DNA of 64,000 nt from Felis catus (Eukaryota). The stretch lies in the NCBI RefSeq assembly GCF_018350175.1, contig NC_058368.1, positions 38,566,001 to 38,630,000 of the forward strand, read 5' to 3'. The translations under genes and the position numbers were made by a program. Each line of letters begins with the position of its first letter. Within the stretch, counting starts at the first letter, position 1. Shown piece after piece: positions 51,336 through 64,000 of the stretch. Under the pieces are notes generated by a model. It had not been told where the DNA came from. It worked only from the letters and a program-made list of their open reading frames with translations, and made no database searches.

Positions 51336-53431
51336 GTATACTGTTTGTTAATAGTAGCTTGATAAATGAGTTGTTACTTAGTTTTATATTAGTACTACCA
51401 TTTAAAAAAAAATTCACTTTCCCCAAAGCCTACAGATCTGTAATACAGGTGGTCAGAGTATTTTCTGTACCATCCTTAAATACGTACGCATCCTGTTATG
51501 TGTGGACTGCTTTAATGAAATGACCTCAAATGCTGATGGAGTAAGACTACCACTGAAACCCAGAATCATTAAACCACTGAAGAATCCCACTTTTTCAACA
51601 GAAGTCTGAACCTTGTCCAAACCAAAGAGGTCATTTAGATTCTGCTCTATGTCCTGCTTCGTGTTTTTCCTGAGGAACTGAGACAAACTAAGTATTTGAA
51701 AGAGGATATGAAGGGAGACAAAAATGGAAAAAATTATCCATTAATGTCTAATACTACCCAAACACTTGTGTCTCCTTTCATTGGTGTTTTCAATGAATTT
51801 ATTCTCCATTTGCCCTTACTGTTGGTAATTAGTTTTGTTCTTGGGGAGTTTGGATTTAAGTGCATATATATCCTTCCGTAAACCATTATACTTGTATCCT
51901 TAGTAAATCTCTTTGCTGAAACACAAAAATACTGTGGTCCTAGTATCTGAATTATTGACAGAGGTCCCAATGCCTTGCAGATGATTTTTCATTACACTTG
52001 TTCCTACAGTTTCTGCCATCTTTTCTTGGTCCATGGGGGAGGACTGTTAGAATCCATATGGAATTCTCAACAGTCCTTTACCTCTGTCTTATTGACCATC
52101 TCTGGGGGCTTGGTACTAGAAACAGGAACTCAACCATTCTTCATGTTACTGATTGCAGCACTAAACTTTCTAGAGAGATCAATCTACTTGCAGTTTGCAA
52201 TTATGGCTGGCATTTTGTATAAGTCCTCTTGGTGACAGAGAATGGAGTAACACTAGTTCAATTCTGAAATGTATTGTTCTTCTGTACTGCTCTCTCCTTG
52301 TTAACAAAAAGCACAGTCATTTTTCCATTTCTGAAGGATGTTAGCAAGCTTATAACAATGACTTATTATAGGTATAACCACTGTAGCTCTAAAAGTATCA
52401 ATTAATGTCAACATTTGTATTTGTAATTTTATAAAATAGTAACGAGATTCAATTTACTTCTTGTCACTTCCAGCCAAGTCACTAATGATCATCATTGTTT
52501 TAAAGGATGTGGAAACACCTATTTAGATGACATGGGTCAGTGCCAATAAAGATTTTGATTTCTGGGCACAATACAGATAGAAAAAATAGTATGCCTTGAG
52601 TAAAGCAAAAAGCCAGAGTATAAGCAAAACAGGGTCACCTGCTTCTGTCATTTAAATTGACACCCTGTTAGACTTAAGTGACTGCTAGTCACTTATCCAC
52701 AGCATCACCAGCACAACCAATTCCTCATCAGTATGACCTTAGGAGGGTAGTTAAAACTTTGTCTTTTTATCTCAAATGTTCAAATGCAATATCTTTATAA
52801 AACAATGAAGCATACTATTAAACTATAGAGGATTCTCAATAATTAATTCCCCATAAAGACTTCCAAAGGTAAAAATGAATAATTAGCAACAATCATAGTT
52901 TTAAAATAATAAGTACACAAATACTCCTTATAGTAGGTATAATCATAAATTCTGTGTAACTTTTAGACATAATTTATGTCCAGATCTCATATCTACCATA
53001 TAGTCGGTTTCTTGTGCCTTGTATATTTTTATTAGTTTTGTTACTGTTGTTTAAACAAAACATGGCAGTTTCTAACTTAATATCCTTGATCTCTCTTGTC
53101 TAAATGTCATTGAAGACCAGATGTTAATTCGGTGAGGAAACAGTAAATGTTGGTTTGGTAATTCAAATGACAAATACCTTCTCCAAGTTTTGTCCTTCCT
53201 GCTCACCTGGCATTGCCTGTGTTAATAGTGTACCCTGTATATGCCATTCATTTTGAACAGTATGCTAGCATTTGTTTGCATTACTTTGAGATCCTATAGC
53301 AAATGGCATTTGAAAAATGATCTCCCATTTCTCTAAAAAGTATATATTTTTTCTTTTTTTCTTTTTTCCCTCTCATTTCCCATATTTTTGCATTAACTTA
53401 CCTGTCATTCTTGCCAATTCTTACCTATATA

Positions 53432-53603
53432 CCAGGAGTCAGCAAATATTCATCATAAAAGGGGAGATAGTAAATGTTACAGGTTTTGTAATCTCGTTCA
53501 TTATTCTTCCTCTACTGATTATTCTTAGAACCATTTAGATATGTAAAAAACGTTCTTAGTTTATGGGACACAGATGTGGTTCACAGGCCATGATTTGCCA
53601 CAC
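53432..53603 (+). mobile_element. MER58-like hAT DNA transposon fossil
   Basis: Termini caggagtcagcaaat ... gatttgccac; internal 'agatagtaaatgttacaggttttg'. Confidence 0.7.
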
Positions 53604-53776
53604 TAAGCCACACGTTCATTTTATACTTGGATTCGTTTTACACACAAACCTAATTATTAGTGCAGTTTGGAAATGAAGACAAAACATAAGGAATAATACA
53701 AATATATGTAAAGTTTTACTAATGTACAGTGGAAAGAAATCCTTGCTCTGGATGCCTATTAATAATGATGGTTATT

Positions 53777-54700
53777 GAGAAGCGGCAAGATGGCGGCTTA
53801 GGAGGACGCTGGGCTCACCGCGCGTCCTGCTGATCACTTAGATTCCACCTACACCTGCCTAAATAACCCAGAAAACCGCCAGAGGATTAGCAGAACGGAG
53901 TCACTGGAGCCAAACGCAGACGAGAGGCCCACGGAAGAGGGTAGGAAGGGCGGCGAGGCGGTGTGCGCTCCACGGACTGGCGGGAGGGAGCCGGGTCGGA
54001 GGGGCGGCTCGCCAGCCAAGCAGAGCCCCCAAGTCTGGCTGGCAAAAGCGGAGGGGCCTGACGGACTGTGTTCCGACAGCAAGCGCGACTTAGCGTCTGG
54101 GAGGTCATAAGTTAACAGCTCTGCTCGGAAAGCGGGAAGGCTGGAGGACAAAGGGAGGGAGAGCTGCTGAGCCCCCTGACAACAGAGCTCAGTTTGGTGG
54201 GGAACAAAGGCGCTTGCCAGCGCCATCTCCCCCGCCCATCCCCCAGCCCAAATCCCAAAGAGAACCAGTTCCTGCCAGGGAACTTGCTCCTCGCAAACAC
54301 CCAACTCTGTGCTTCTACTGAGCCAAACCTCCTGCAGCGGATCTGACTCCCTCCCGCTGCCACAGGGCCCCTCCTGAAGAGGATCACCTAAAGAGAAGCA
54401 ATCTAAGCCTGCCCCTCCTGCCCCTGTGCACCTTGCCTACACACCCCAGCTAATACGCCAGATCCCCAGCATCACAAGCCTGGCAGTGTGCAAGTAGCCC
54501 AGACGGGCCACACCACCCCACAGTGAATCCCGCCCCTAGGAGAGGGGAAGAGAAGGCACACACCAGTCTGACTGTGGCCCCAGAGGTGGGCTGGGGGCAG
54601 ACATCAGGTCTGACTGCGGCCCCGCCCACCAACTCCAGTTATACACCACAGCACAGGGGAAGTGCCCTGCAGGTCCTCACCACGCCAGGGACTATCCAAA
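53777..54700 (+). promoter_or_regulatory. L1 5' UTR internal promoter
   Basis: YY1 motif CAAGATGGCGG at 53786-53796; CpG-dense. Confidence 0.85.
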
Positions 54701-55590
54701 ATGACCAAGCGGAAGAATTCCCCTCAGAAGGATCTCCAGGAAATAACAACAGCTAATGAGCTGATCAAAAAGGATTTAAATAATATAACAGAAAGTGAAT
54801 TTAGAATAATAGTCATAAAATTAATCGCTGGGCTTGAAAACAGTATACAGGACAGCAGAGAATCTCTTGCTACAGAGATCAAGGGACTAAGGAACAGTCA
54901 CGAGGAGCTGAAAAATGCTTTAAACGAAATGCATAACAAAATGGAAACCACCACAGCTCGGCTTGAAGAGGCAGAGGAGAGAATAGGTGAACTAGAAGAT
55001 AAAGTTATGGAAAAAGAGGAAGCTGAGAAAAAGAGAGATAAAAAAATCCAGGAGTATGAGGGGAAAATTAGAGAACTAAGTGATACACTAAAAAGAAATA
55101 ATATACGCATAATTGGTATCCCAGAGGAGGAAGAGGGAAAGGTGGTGAAGGGGTACTTGAAGAAATAATAGCTGAGAACTTCCCTGAACTGGGGAAGGAA
55201 AAAGGCATTGAAATACAAGAGGCACAGAGAACTCTCTTCAGACGTGACTTGAATCGATCTTCTGCACGACATATCATAGTGAAACTGGCAAAATACAAGG
55301 ATAAAGAGAAAATTCTGAAAGCAGCAAGGGGTAAACGTGCCCTCACATATAAAGGGAGACCTATAAGACTCGTGACTGATCTTTCTTTTGAAACTTGGCA
55401 GGCCAGAAAGAATTGGTACGAGATTTTCAGGGTGCTAGACAGAAAAAATATGCAGCTGAGAATCCTTTATCCAGCAAGTCTGTCATTTAGAATAGAAGGA
55501 GAGATAAAGGTCTTCCCAAACAAACAAAAACTGAAGGAATTTGTCACCACTAAACCAGCCCTACAAGAGATCCTAAGGGGGACCCTGTGA
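54701..55590 (+). pseudogene. L1 ORF1p (RNA-binding chaperone), frameshifted near 55130-55140
   Basis: MTKRKNSPQ... coiled coil, RRM motif NIRIIGIPEEE; continues in another frame as ARHIIVKL...LYPASLSF...KPALQEIL. Confidence 0.95.
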
Positions 55591-55640
55591 GACAAAGTCC
55601 CAGAGACATCACTACAAGCATAAAACATACAGACATCACA

Positions 55641-58600
55641 ATGACTCTAAACCCGTATCTTTCTAAAATAACACTGAATGTAAATGGATTAAATGCGCCA
55701 ACCAAAAGACATAGGGTATCAGAATGGATAAAAAAAACAAGACCCATCTATTTGCTGTCTACAAGAGACTCATTTTAGACCTGAGGACACCTTTAGATTG
55801 AGAGTGAGGGGATGGAGAACTATTTATCATGTGACTGGAAGCCAAAAGAAAGCTGGAGTAGCCATACTTATATCAGACAAACTAGACTTTAAATTAAAGG
55901 CTGTAACAAGAGATGAAGAGGGACATTATATAATAGTTACAGGGTCTATCCATCAGGAAGAGCTAACAATTATAAATGTCTATGCGCCGAATACCGGAGC
56001 CCCCAAATATATAAAACAATTACTCATAAACATAAGCAACCTTATTGATAAGAATGTGGTAATTGCAGGGGACTTTAACACCCCACTTACAGAAATGGAC
56101 AGATCATCGAGACACATGGTCAATAAAGAAACAAGGGCCCTGAATGAGACATTGGATCAGATGGACTTGACAGATATATTTAGAACTCTGCATCCCAGAG
56201 CAACAGAATATACTTTCTTCTCGAGTGCACATGGAACATTCTCCAAGATATCATATACTGGGTCACAAAACAGCCCTTCATAACTATACAAGAATTGAAA
56301 TTATACCATGCATACTTTCAGACCACAATGCTATGAAGCTTGAAATCAACCACAGAAAAAAGTTTGGAAAACCCCCAAAGGCATGGAGGTTAAAGAACAC
56401 CCTACTAACGAATGAGTGGGTCAACCAGGCAATTAGAGAAGAAATTAAAAAATATGTGGAAACAAACGAAAATGAAAATACAACAATCCAAACGCTTTGG
56501 GACGCAGCGAAGGCAGTCCTGAGAGGAAAATACATTGCAATCCAGGCCTATCTCAAGAAACAAGAAAAATCCCAAATACAAATCTTAACAGCACACCTAA
56601 AGGAACTAGAAGCAGAACAGCAAAGGCAGCCTAAACCCAGCAGAAGAAGAGAAATAATAAAGATCAGAGCAGAAATAAACAATATAGAATCTAAAAAAAC
56701 TGTAGAGCAGATCAACGAAACCAAGAGTTGGTTTTTTGAAAAAATAAACAAAATTGACAAACCTCTAGCCAGGCTTCTCAAAAAGAAAAGGGAGATGACC
56801 CAAACAGATAAAATCATGAATGAAAATGGAATGATTACAACCAATCCCTCAGAGATACAAACAATTATCAGGGAATACTATGAAAAATTATATGCCAACA
56901 AATTGGACAACCTGGAAGAAATGGACAAATTCCTGAACACCCACACTCTTCCAAAACTCAATCAGGAGGAAATAGAAAGCTTGAACAGACCCATAACCAG
57001 CGAAGAAATTGAATCGGGTATCCAAAATCTCCCAACAAATAAGAGTCCAGGACCAGATGGCTTCCCAGGGGAGTTCTACCAGATGTTTAAAGCAGAGATA
57101 ATACCTATCCTTCTCAAGCTATTCCAAGAAATAGAAAGGGAAGGAAAACTTCCAGACTCATTCTATGAAGCCAGTATTACTTTGATTCCTAAACCAGACA
57201 GAGACCCAGTAAAAAAAGAGAACTACAGGCCAATATCCCTGATGAATATGGATGCAAAAATTCTCAGTAAGATACTAGCAAATCGAATTCAACAGCCTAT
57301 AAAAAGAATTATTCACCATGATCAAGTGGGATTCATTCCTGGGATGCAGGGCTGGTTCAACATTCACAAATCAATCAATGTGATACATCACACTAACAAA
57401 AAAAAGAGAAGAACCATATGATCCTGTCAATCGATGCAGAAAAGGCCTTTGACAGAATCCAGCACCCTTTCTTAATAAAAACCCTTGAGAAAGTCGGGAT
57501 AGAAGGAACATACTTAAAGATCATAAAAGCCATTTATGAAAAGCCCACAGCTAATATCATCCTCAACGGGGAAAAACTGAGAGCTTTTCCCCTGAGATCA
57601 GGAACACGACAAGGATGCCCACTCTCACTGCTGCTGTTTAACATAGTGCTGGAAGTTCTAGCATCAGCAATCAGACAACAAAAGGAAATCAAAGGCATCA
57701 AAATTGGCAAAGATGAAGTCAAGCTTTCGCTTTTTGCAGATGACATGATATTATACATGGAAAATCCGATAGACTCCACCAAAAGTCTGCTAGAACTGAT
57801 ACAGGAATTCAGCAAAGCTGCAGGATACAAAATCAATGTACAGAAATCAGTTGCATTCTTATACACTAACAATGAAGCAACAGAAAGACAAATAAAGAAA
57901 CTGATCCCATTCACAATTGCACCAAGAAGCATAAAATACCTAGGAATAAATCTAACCAAAGATGTAAAGGATCTGTATGCTGAAAACTATAGAAAGCTTA
58001 TGAAGGAAATTGAAGAAGATTTAAAGAAATGGAAAGACATTCCCTGCTCATGGATTGGAAAAATAAATATTGTCAAAATGTCAATACTACCCAAAGCTAT
58101 CTACACATTCAATGCAATCCCAATCAAAATTGCACCAGCATTCTTCTCGAAACTAGAACAAGCAATCCTAAAATTCATATGGAACCACAAAAGGCTCTGA
58201 ATAGCCAAAGGAATTTTGAAGAAGAAGACCAAAGCAGGAGGCATCACAATCCCAGACTTTAGCTTCTACTACAAAGCTGTCATCATCAAGACAGCATGGT
58301 ATTGGCACAAAAATAGGCACATAGACCAATGGAATAGAATAGAAACCCCAGAACTAGACCCACAAACGTATGGCCAACTCATCTTTGACAAAGCAGGAAA
58401 GAACATCCAATGGAAAAAAGACAGCCTCTTTAACAAATGGTGCTGGGAGAACTGGACAGCAACATGCAGAAGGTTGAAACTAGACCACTTTCTCACACCA
58501 TTCACAAAAATAAACTCAAAATGGATAAAGGACCTGAATGTGAGACAGGAAACCATCAAAACCTTAGAGGAGAAAGCAGGAGAAGACCTCTCTGACCTCA

Positions 58601-59463
58601 GCCGTAGCAATCTCTTACTCGACACATCCCCAAAAGCAAGGGAATTAAAAGCAAAAGTGAATTACTGGGACCTTATGAAGATAAAAAGCTTCTGCACAGC
58701 AAAGGAAACAACCAACAAAACTAAAAGGCAACCAACGGAATGGGAAAAGATATTTGCAAATGACATATCAGACAAAGGGCTAGTATCCAAAATCTATAAA
58801 GAGCTCACCAAACTCCACACCCGAAAAACAAATAACCCAGTGAAGAAATGGGCAGAAAACATGTATAGACACTTCTCTAAAGAAGACATCCGGATGGCCA
58901 ACAGGCACATGAAAAGATGTTCAGCGTCGCTCCTTATCAGGGAAATACAAATGAAAACCACACACAGGTATCACCTCACGCCAGTCAGAGTGGCCAAAAT
59001 GAACAAATCAGGAGACTATAGATGCTGGAGAGGATGTAGAGAAACGGGAACCCTCTTGCACTGTTGGTGGGAATGCAAATTGGTGCAGCCGCTCTGGAAA
59101 GCAGTGTGGAGGTTCCTCAGAAAATTAAAAATAGACCTACCCTATGACCCACCAATAGCACTGCTAGGAATTTATCCAAGGGATACAGGAGTACGGATGC
59201 ATAGGGTCACTGGTACCCCAATGTTCATAGCAGCACTCTCAACAATAACCAAATTATGGAAAGAGCCTAATTGTCCATCAACTGATGAATGGATAAAGAA
59301 ATTGTGGTTTATATACACAATGGAATATTAGGTGGCAATTAGAAAAAATGAAATATGGCCTTTTGTAGCAACGTGGATGGAACTGGAGAGTGTGATGCTA
59401 AGTGAAATAAGCCATACAGAGAAAGACAGATACCATATGGTTTCACTCTTATGTGGACCCTGA
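55641..59463 (+). pseudogene. L1 ORF2p (endonuclease/reverse transcriptase), disrupted
   Basis: TLNVNGLN, GDFNTPL, SDHN, GPDGF, RQGCPLS, FADD and HCWWECK motifs; frameshifts near 55735, 56245 and 57405; stops at 58198-58200 and 59329-59331. Confidence 0.97.
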
Positions 59464-59756
59464 GAAACTTAACAGGAACCCATGGGGGAGGGGAAGGAAA
59501 AAAAAAAAAAACAGGTTAGAGTGGGAGAGAGCCAAAGCATAAGAGACTGTTAAAAACTGAGAACAAACTGAGGGTTGATGGGGGGTGGGAGGGAGAGGAG
59601 GGTGGGTGATGGGTATTGAGGAGGGCCCCTTTTGGGATGAGCACTGGGTGTTGTATGGAAACCAATTTGTCAATAAATCTCATAAAAAAAAAAAGAAAAG
59701 GTAAAGAAAAAAAATAATGATGGTTATTATGACAAGTTGATAAAAAAATGAAAATA

Positions 59757-59955
59757 TTTTTTTAAATATTTGTTTATTTTTGAGGGAGAGAGCAAGCAGG
59801 AGAGGGACGGGGTTGGGGGGGGGGGTTGGACAGAGGATCTGAAGCAGGCTCTATACTGACAGGAAAGCCTGTTGCAGGGCCCAAACTCACAAACCATGAA
59901 ACCATGACCTAAGCTGAAGTTGGATGGTTACCCAACTGAGCCCCCCAAGTGCCCC
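59757..59955 (-). mobile_element. Older Can-SINE
   Basis: Reverse body ending gtgcccc; TSD aaaaaatgaa. Confidence 0.9.
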
Positions 59956-60149
59956 AAAAAATGAACCAATGGTTTTATGCTACATGTTTTCTCCTTGTCA
60001 TTTTTGCCCTATATACTGTATGGTCTTCTTTTTGTCTTGCAGATGTATTTTTCTAAACTTTGTACATTAGTATATATCCTCCTTTGCATATTTTTCTGCT
60101 GCTTCCTTTGGTCACTTTTGTGCGTGTGAATGATCCAACAGCCAAGATA

Positions 60150-60329
60150 TTAAGCATTTACTATGTGCTAACCATTCTTCAAAGATCTTTATTTGTATTA
60201 ACTCATACTTCTACTAACCTTGGGAAGAAGTTGTATTATGCTCGCCATTTCACATGAGACAGAAGTAAGGAATAGTGAGGCTTTGTGAACATCCAAATAG
60301 CATTTCAAGAAAGTGGCAGATCCAGTTTT
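60150..60329 (-). mobile_element. MIR, split by the following L1 and resuming at ~61483-61525
   Basis: 'taagcatttactatgtgcta', 'gccatttcacatgag' and 'aagtggcagatccag'. Confidence 0.65.
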
Positions 60330-61468
60330 TTGTAGGTTCAAGTTTTTATTTAAATTCCAATTAGTTAGCATATAGTGTAATATTAGTTTCAGGTATAGAA
60401 TTGAGTGATTCATCACTTAACATACAACACCCCGTGCTCATCACAATAAGTGCCCTCCTTAATTCATATCACCTCCCCTCCAGAAACTCTGTTTGTTCTC
60501 TATAGTTAAGAGTCTGACTTATGGTTTGTCCCTTTCTCTTTTTCTTCCTTTGTGCTCATTTGTGTCTTAAATTCCATCTGTGAGTGAAATCCTGTGATAT
60601 TTGTCTTTTTCTAAGTTATTTTGCTTAGCGTAATACACTCTAGTTCCATCTATATCATTGAAAATGGCAAGATTTCATTCTTTTCTACGGCTAATATTCT
60701 ATTGTATGTATATAACACCTCTTTTTTTATCCATTAGTTGATGGATTTTGGGCTTTTTTCATAATTTTGCTATTGTTGATAATGCCGCTGGTTGAATCAA
60801 TGTTTTTGCATCCTTTGGGTAAATGCCTAGTAGTACAACTGGTGGGTCATAGAGTTGTTATATTTTTAATTCTTTATGGAATTTCCATACTGTCTTCCAG
60901 AGTGGCTGCACCAGTTTACATTTCCATCGATAGGGTAAGAGGGCACACTGTCTCACCAATATTTGTCGTTTCCCGTGACAGGTGTGAGGTGATACCTCAT
61001 TGTAGTTTTGACTTGCATTTTCCTCATATGAGCAATATTATTTTCGTGTGTGTTAGCCATCTGGATGTCTTCTTTGAAAAAATGTCTTTTCATATCTTAT
61101 TTTTTAACTGAATTATTTATTTTTTTGGGTGTCGAGTTTGATAAGTTTTTTTTTTCCTATATTTTGGATACTGTCTCTTTATCAGATACGTCATTTTCAG
61201 GTATCTTTTTTTTATTCCAAGGGTGCCTATTAGTTTTGTTGGTTGTTTTCTTCACTATGCAGAAGGTTTTTATCTTAATGAAGTCCCAGTAGGTGATTTT
61301 TGCTTTTGTGTCCCTTGTCTCAGGAGACATATCTAGTAAGAAGTTGCTAAGGCCAATGTCAAAGAGGTTGCTGTATGTGTTCTCTAGGATTTTGATGGTT
61401 TCCTTTCTCACATTTAGGTCTTTCATCCATTTTGAATTTATTTTTGTGTATGGTGTAAGAAAGTGGTC
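60330..61468 (-). mobile_element. 5'-truncated carnivore L1
   Basis: Reverse 3' UTR and ORF2 end (KDLNVRKETIKILE); TSD cagatccagtttt / cagatccaggtttt. Confidence 0.95.
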
Positions 61469-62989
61469 CAGATCCAGGTTTTAAAACTGGGGCTCTGGCA
61501 TCACTGTCTGTATACTAAATCACTGTTGTTAACACTATGTGAATTATGACATAGAGGCTAATTGACTGAAGAATTTCTTCAGCTGAAAATTGGCTACATG
61601 TAAGCTGTGGGAGAAAACCAAGCAACAAAATATCCCTTATTTTTTAGGCCCACATTAGGTTTGTTTCAGTTTTCTTAATTATAAGCAAGTGCTTACCAAT
61701 GTCACTAATGATAATATAATCTTCTAGACAAAAAACAATTTTCTTAAGGATTTTTGTGGTTCATTACTTCAAATAGCTACCTTTACTGATGTTGTCATCC
61801 TTTATGAGTGAATTTTCTATTTGGCATAAGATTCTTTTTTTTTAATTGAATATGTGATTTCAACAATTGGTTTTCCTTTCATATAGGTCCGAAAATAGAT
61901 AAATGCTTATTTTCAGAGGTCCTTCATTACAGGCTCAGTGGAGCAATAAATAACTTGTCATCAATCAGCACATTTCAAAACTATTTTTAATTAAAAAAAC
62001 AGACTTGTAAGGGGTCTCTTCAGTTCTCCACTGGAATTTGCTGACTGGACAAAGCATGTATTTGTGCTTGAGTCTGAATAAGATGAACACGTGTATCTGT
62101 TTTCCTCCTGTTGCACTTCACTAATTTCCACTGACATAAAGTTATGCTTGTGTATCACATAATGCTCTTGTATTGGCAGTGGAGTAAGCCCCGTATTGCA
62201 AATGTTCAGTGATGCACCAAGGTGTATATTGTCCTCTGTGTAACGTAATCTAGTTTCTGTAGGTTTAACAGTCCTTTGTTCATATATTGTAGGTGGTGTC
62301 CAAGGTTGCATTGCTCAGCTATTTTTAAAGTTCACTTGAGGTTGATAATTAGGTTTTCTTTTTTTCCCTATTGATTTAAGTTAATAGCTTCTGAATATTT
62401 TTATAAGACACCTACTTCAGTTAAGCAAGAGTAGTACCCACCTCATTGAACTTATATCCAAATCGAAAATTTTCCGTATGTTGAGTATGAGATTTATACC
62501 CAAAAAGAACACATGATCCACAAATGTGTCTTTTTCATGGTGATATGATAATGATATGGTAACATTAATTGATATGGTAACATTAATCATTATACAGAGA
62601 AAACACATGCAAACTTCAATATGCAAAAAATTATTTCAGAGTTTCCATTAGGAATGCCAGTAGTATAATGCTTAGCATAATATAATCCATTTACTTCCTT
62701 TTAAAATAAACTCTAACAGAGAAACAGTTTCCCATGTTTTCATTTTAACTTTTTCTGAAATTTATTAGTATGACTTATGTATTTGAGATCATCAAACATG
62801 TTTGGACTATTCAGCTTTTTAATAAAATTTTTTTCCTGTGTTATTAGATTACCTTAACTGTTTTTGAAATTATATTTTATAATTAGAAAGCTGCTATATA
62901 CAAATTAGAAATATACATAACTGCATGTACCTGAACGTACCTGCCTGTAATATTCCAAATACTTAAATATATGTTAATATATTTTAATT

Positions 62990-63490
62990 TTTAAATGCCT
63001 ATTGGATATTCAAATGGAGATGTTGAGTATGAGATTAAATATCCACATCTGTAATTAAGAGGTGGGACCCTGGGAGGAGATATAAATTTGGGCATTCTCT
63101 GAGAATGATCACATCAACAAGTGAGTGTCACACATGAGAATGCCAAATGAGTGAGTACAGCTAGAAGATAGAACAACAGCTAGAAGATAGAAGAACAAGC
63201 CCTGGAGTACCCCAGACTTTAGAAGGGTAATTAGGAGGAACCAGCAGAGAAAGATGAGTTTCAGTGAGATAGAAAAAAGAAAAGCTAATAGTGTAGTATT
63301 CTGAAATTTAAAGGATATTTGAAGAAGAATTATCTGAAGTGTTAAATGATAATAACAGTCAACCAAGATTTGGCAATTGTTTTAACATGAATGGAGATGA
63401 TTGGCAAACTTGGTAATAGCAATTTCAATGGAGTGGTAAAGGGGATGCCTATTTGAAGTGAGTTTAAGTAATAATAGAGAAATTTGAAAT
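62990..63490 (-). mobile_element. L2 LINE relic
   Basis: 'tgcctattggatattcaaatggagatgttgagt', 'ggagatataaatttggg' and 'gcaatttcaatggagtggt'. Confidence 0.75.
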
Positions 63491-63821
63491 AATATGGACA
63501 ACTTCTCAGAGGTTTATATGATTGAAATACAATGATAAATCTAAATTTGATATAAATTATATATAATTTTTGTATTGTCCAAAAATGTTAATATAGTAAT
63601 TTCATTTGAGAAGTAAAAAAATACTACTCCTTTTTATGTAAAAATATAACAACATTCCCATAATACTCCAATATAGAATAAAATTTACTTAATAAAAATT
63701 TGAATGTGTTCATGTATTACATGGATTATCTAATTAAATTCTTAACACTCTACTGGATAGATACTACTTATTTTTAATATTGAACAATGTTATAATTGTG
63801 GTATTTAAAATGTACTGATAT

Positions 63822-64000
63822 GGGGTGCCTGGGTGGCTCAGTCGGTTAAGTGTCTGATTTGGGCTCAGGTTATGATCTCATGGTTTGTGAGTTCGAGCTC
63901 TGTGTTGGGCTCTCTGCTGACAGCTCCGAGCCTGGAGCCTGCCTCAGATTCTGTGTCTGTCTGTCTGTCTGTCTCTCTTTCTCTTTCCCCACTTGCTCAC
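63822..64000 (+). mobile_element. Can-SINE, cut by the window end
   Basis: ggggtgcctgggtggctcagtcggttaag head and body. Confidence 0.95.

Larger units (their letters stand above)
53777..59712 (+). mobile_element. Full-length felid LINE-1 (L1_Fc-like), defective
   Basis: CpG-rich 5' UTR, ORF1, ORF2 (endonuclease, RT with FADD motif, C-terminal Cys-rich region), 3' UTR and poly(A); perfect 16-bp TSD aataatgatggttatt (53761-53776 / 59713-59728). Confidence 0.99.

Noticed and set aside
51453..51686. piggyBac-like transposase fragment
   Set aside because: Only vague similarity; no catalytic motifs, terminal inverted repeats or TTAA target site
53849..54632. Antisense ORFs (up to 151 aa) in the L1 5' UTR as an ORF0 analogue
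   Set aside because: The 151-aa ORF starts at a non-ATG codon, and long ORFs are expected in GC-rich DNA; no supporting motif
54898..58625. Minus-strand ORFs over L1 ORF1 and ORF2
   Set aside because: Antisense shadows of the L1 coding sequence
1..64000. SINE strand bias as evidence of host gene orientation
   Set aside because: About 14 minus versus 9 plus; not a meaningful skew

Overview
Mammalian, AT-rich, repeat-dense genomic DNA. The tRNA-derived Can-SINEs (young SINEC_Fc-type copies) and the L1 3' UTRs point to a felid. I cannot recognise any intact host protein-coding gene. The largest feature is a full-length (~5.9 kb), TSD-flanked but frameshifted LINE-1 at 53777-59712. The window also holds about 23 Can-SINEs, several truncated L1s, ERV/MaLR LTRs (MER34-like, MLT2, MLT1), MIR and L2 relics and hAT fossils. 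The most interesting non-routine signal is a CpG-retaining CCAAT/TATA/Inr promoter at ~5.85-6.55 kb. It has LTR-like architecture and is followed by splice donors, a well-formed 17-nt micro-exon and further candidate non-coding exons, suggesting a spliced lncRNA or a long 5' UTR. There is weaker evidence for decayed minus-strand exons, AG|GT recursive-splice-like sites and several local templated-duplication scars. Repeat subfamily names are from memory of consensus motifs, not from a database search. I found no evidence for a new multi-gene system.
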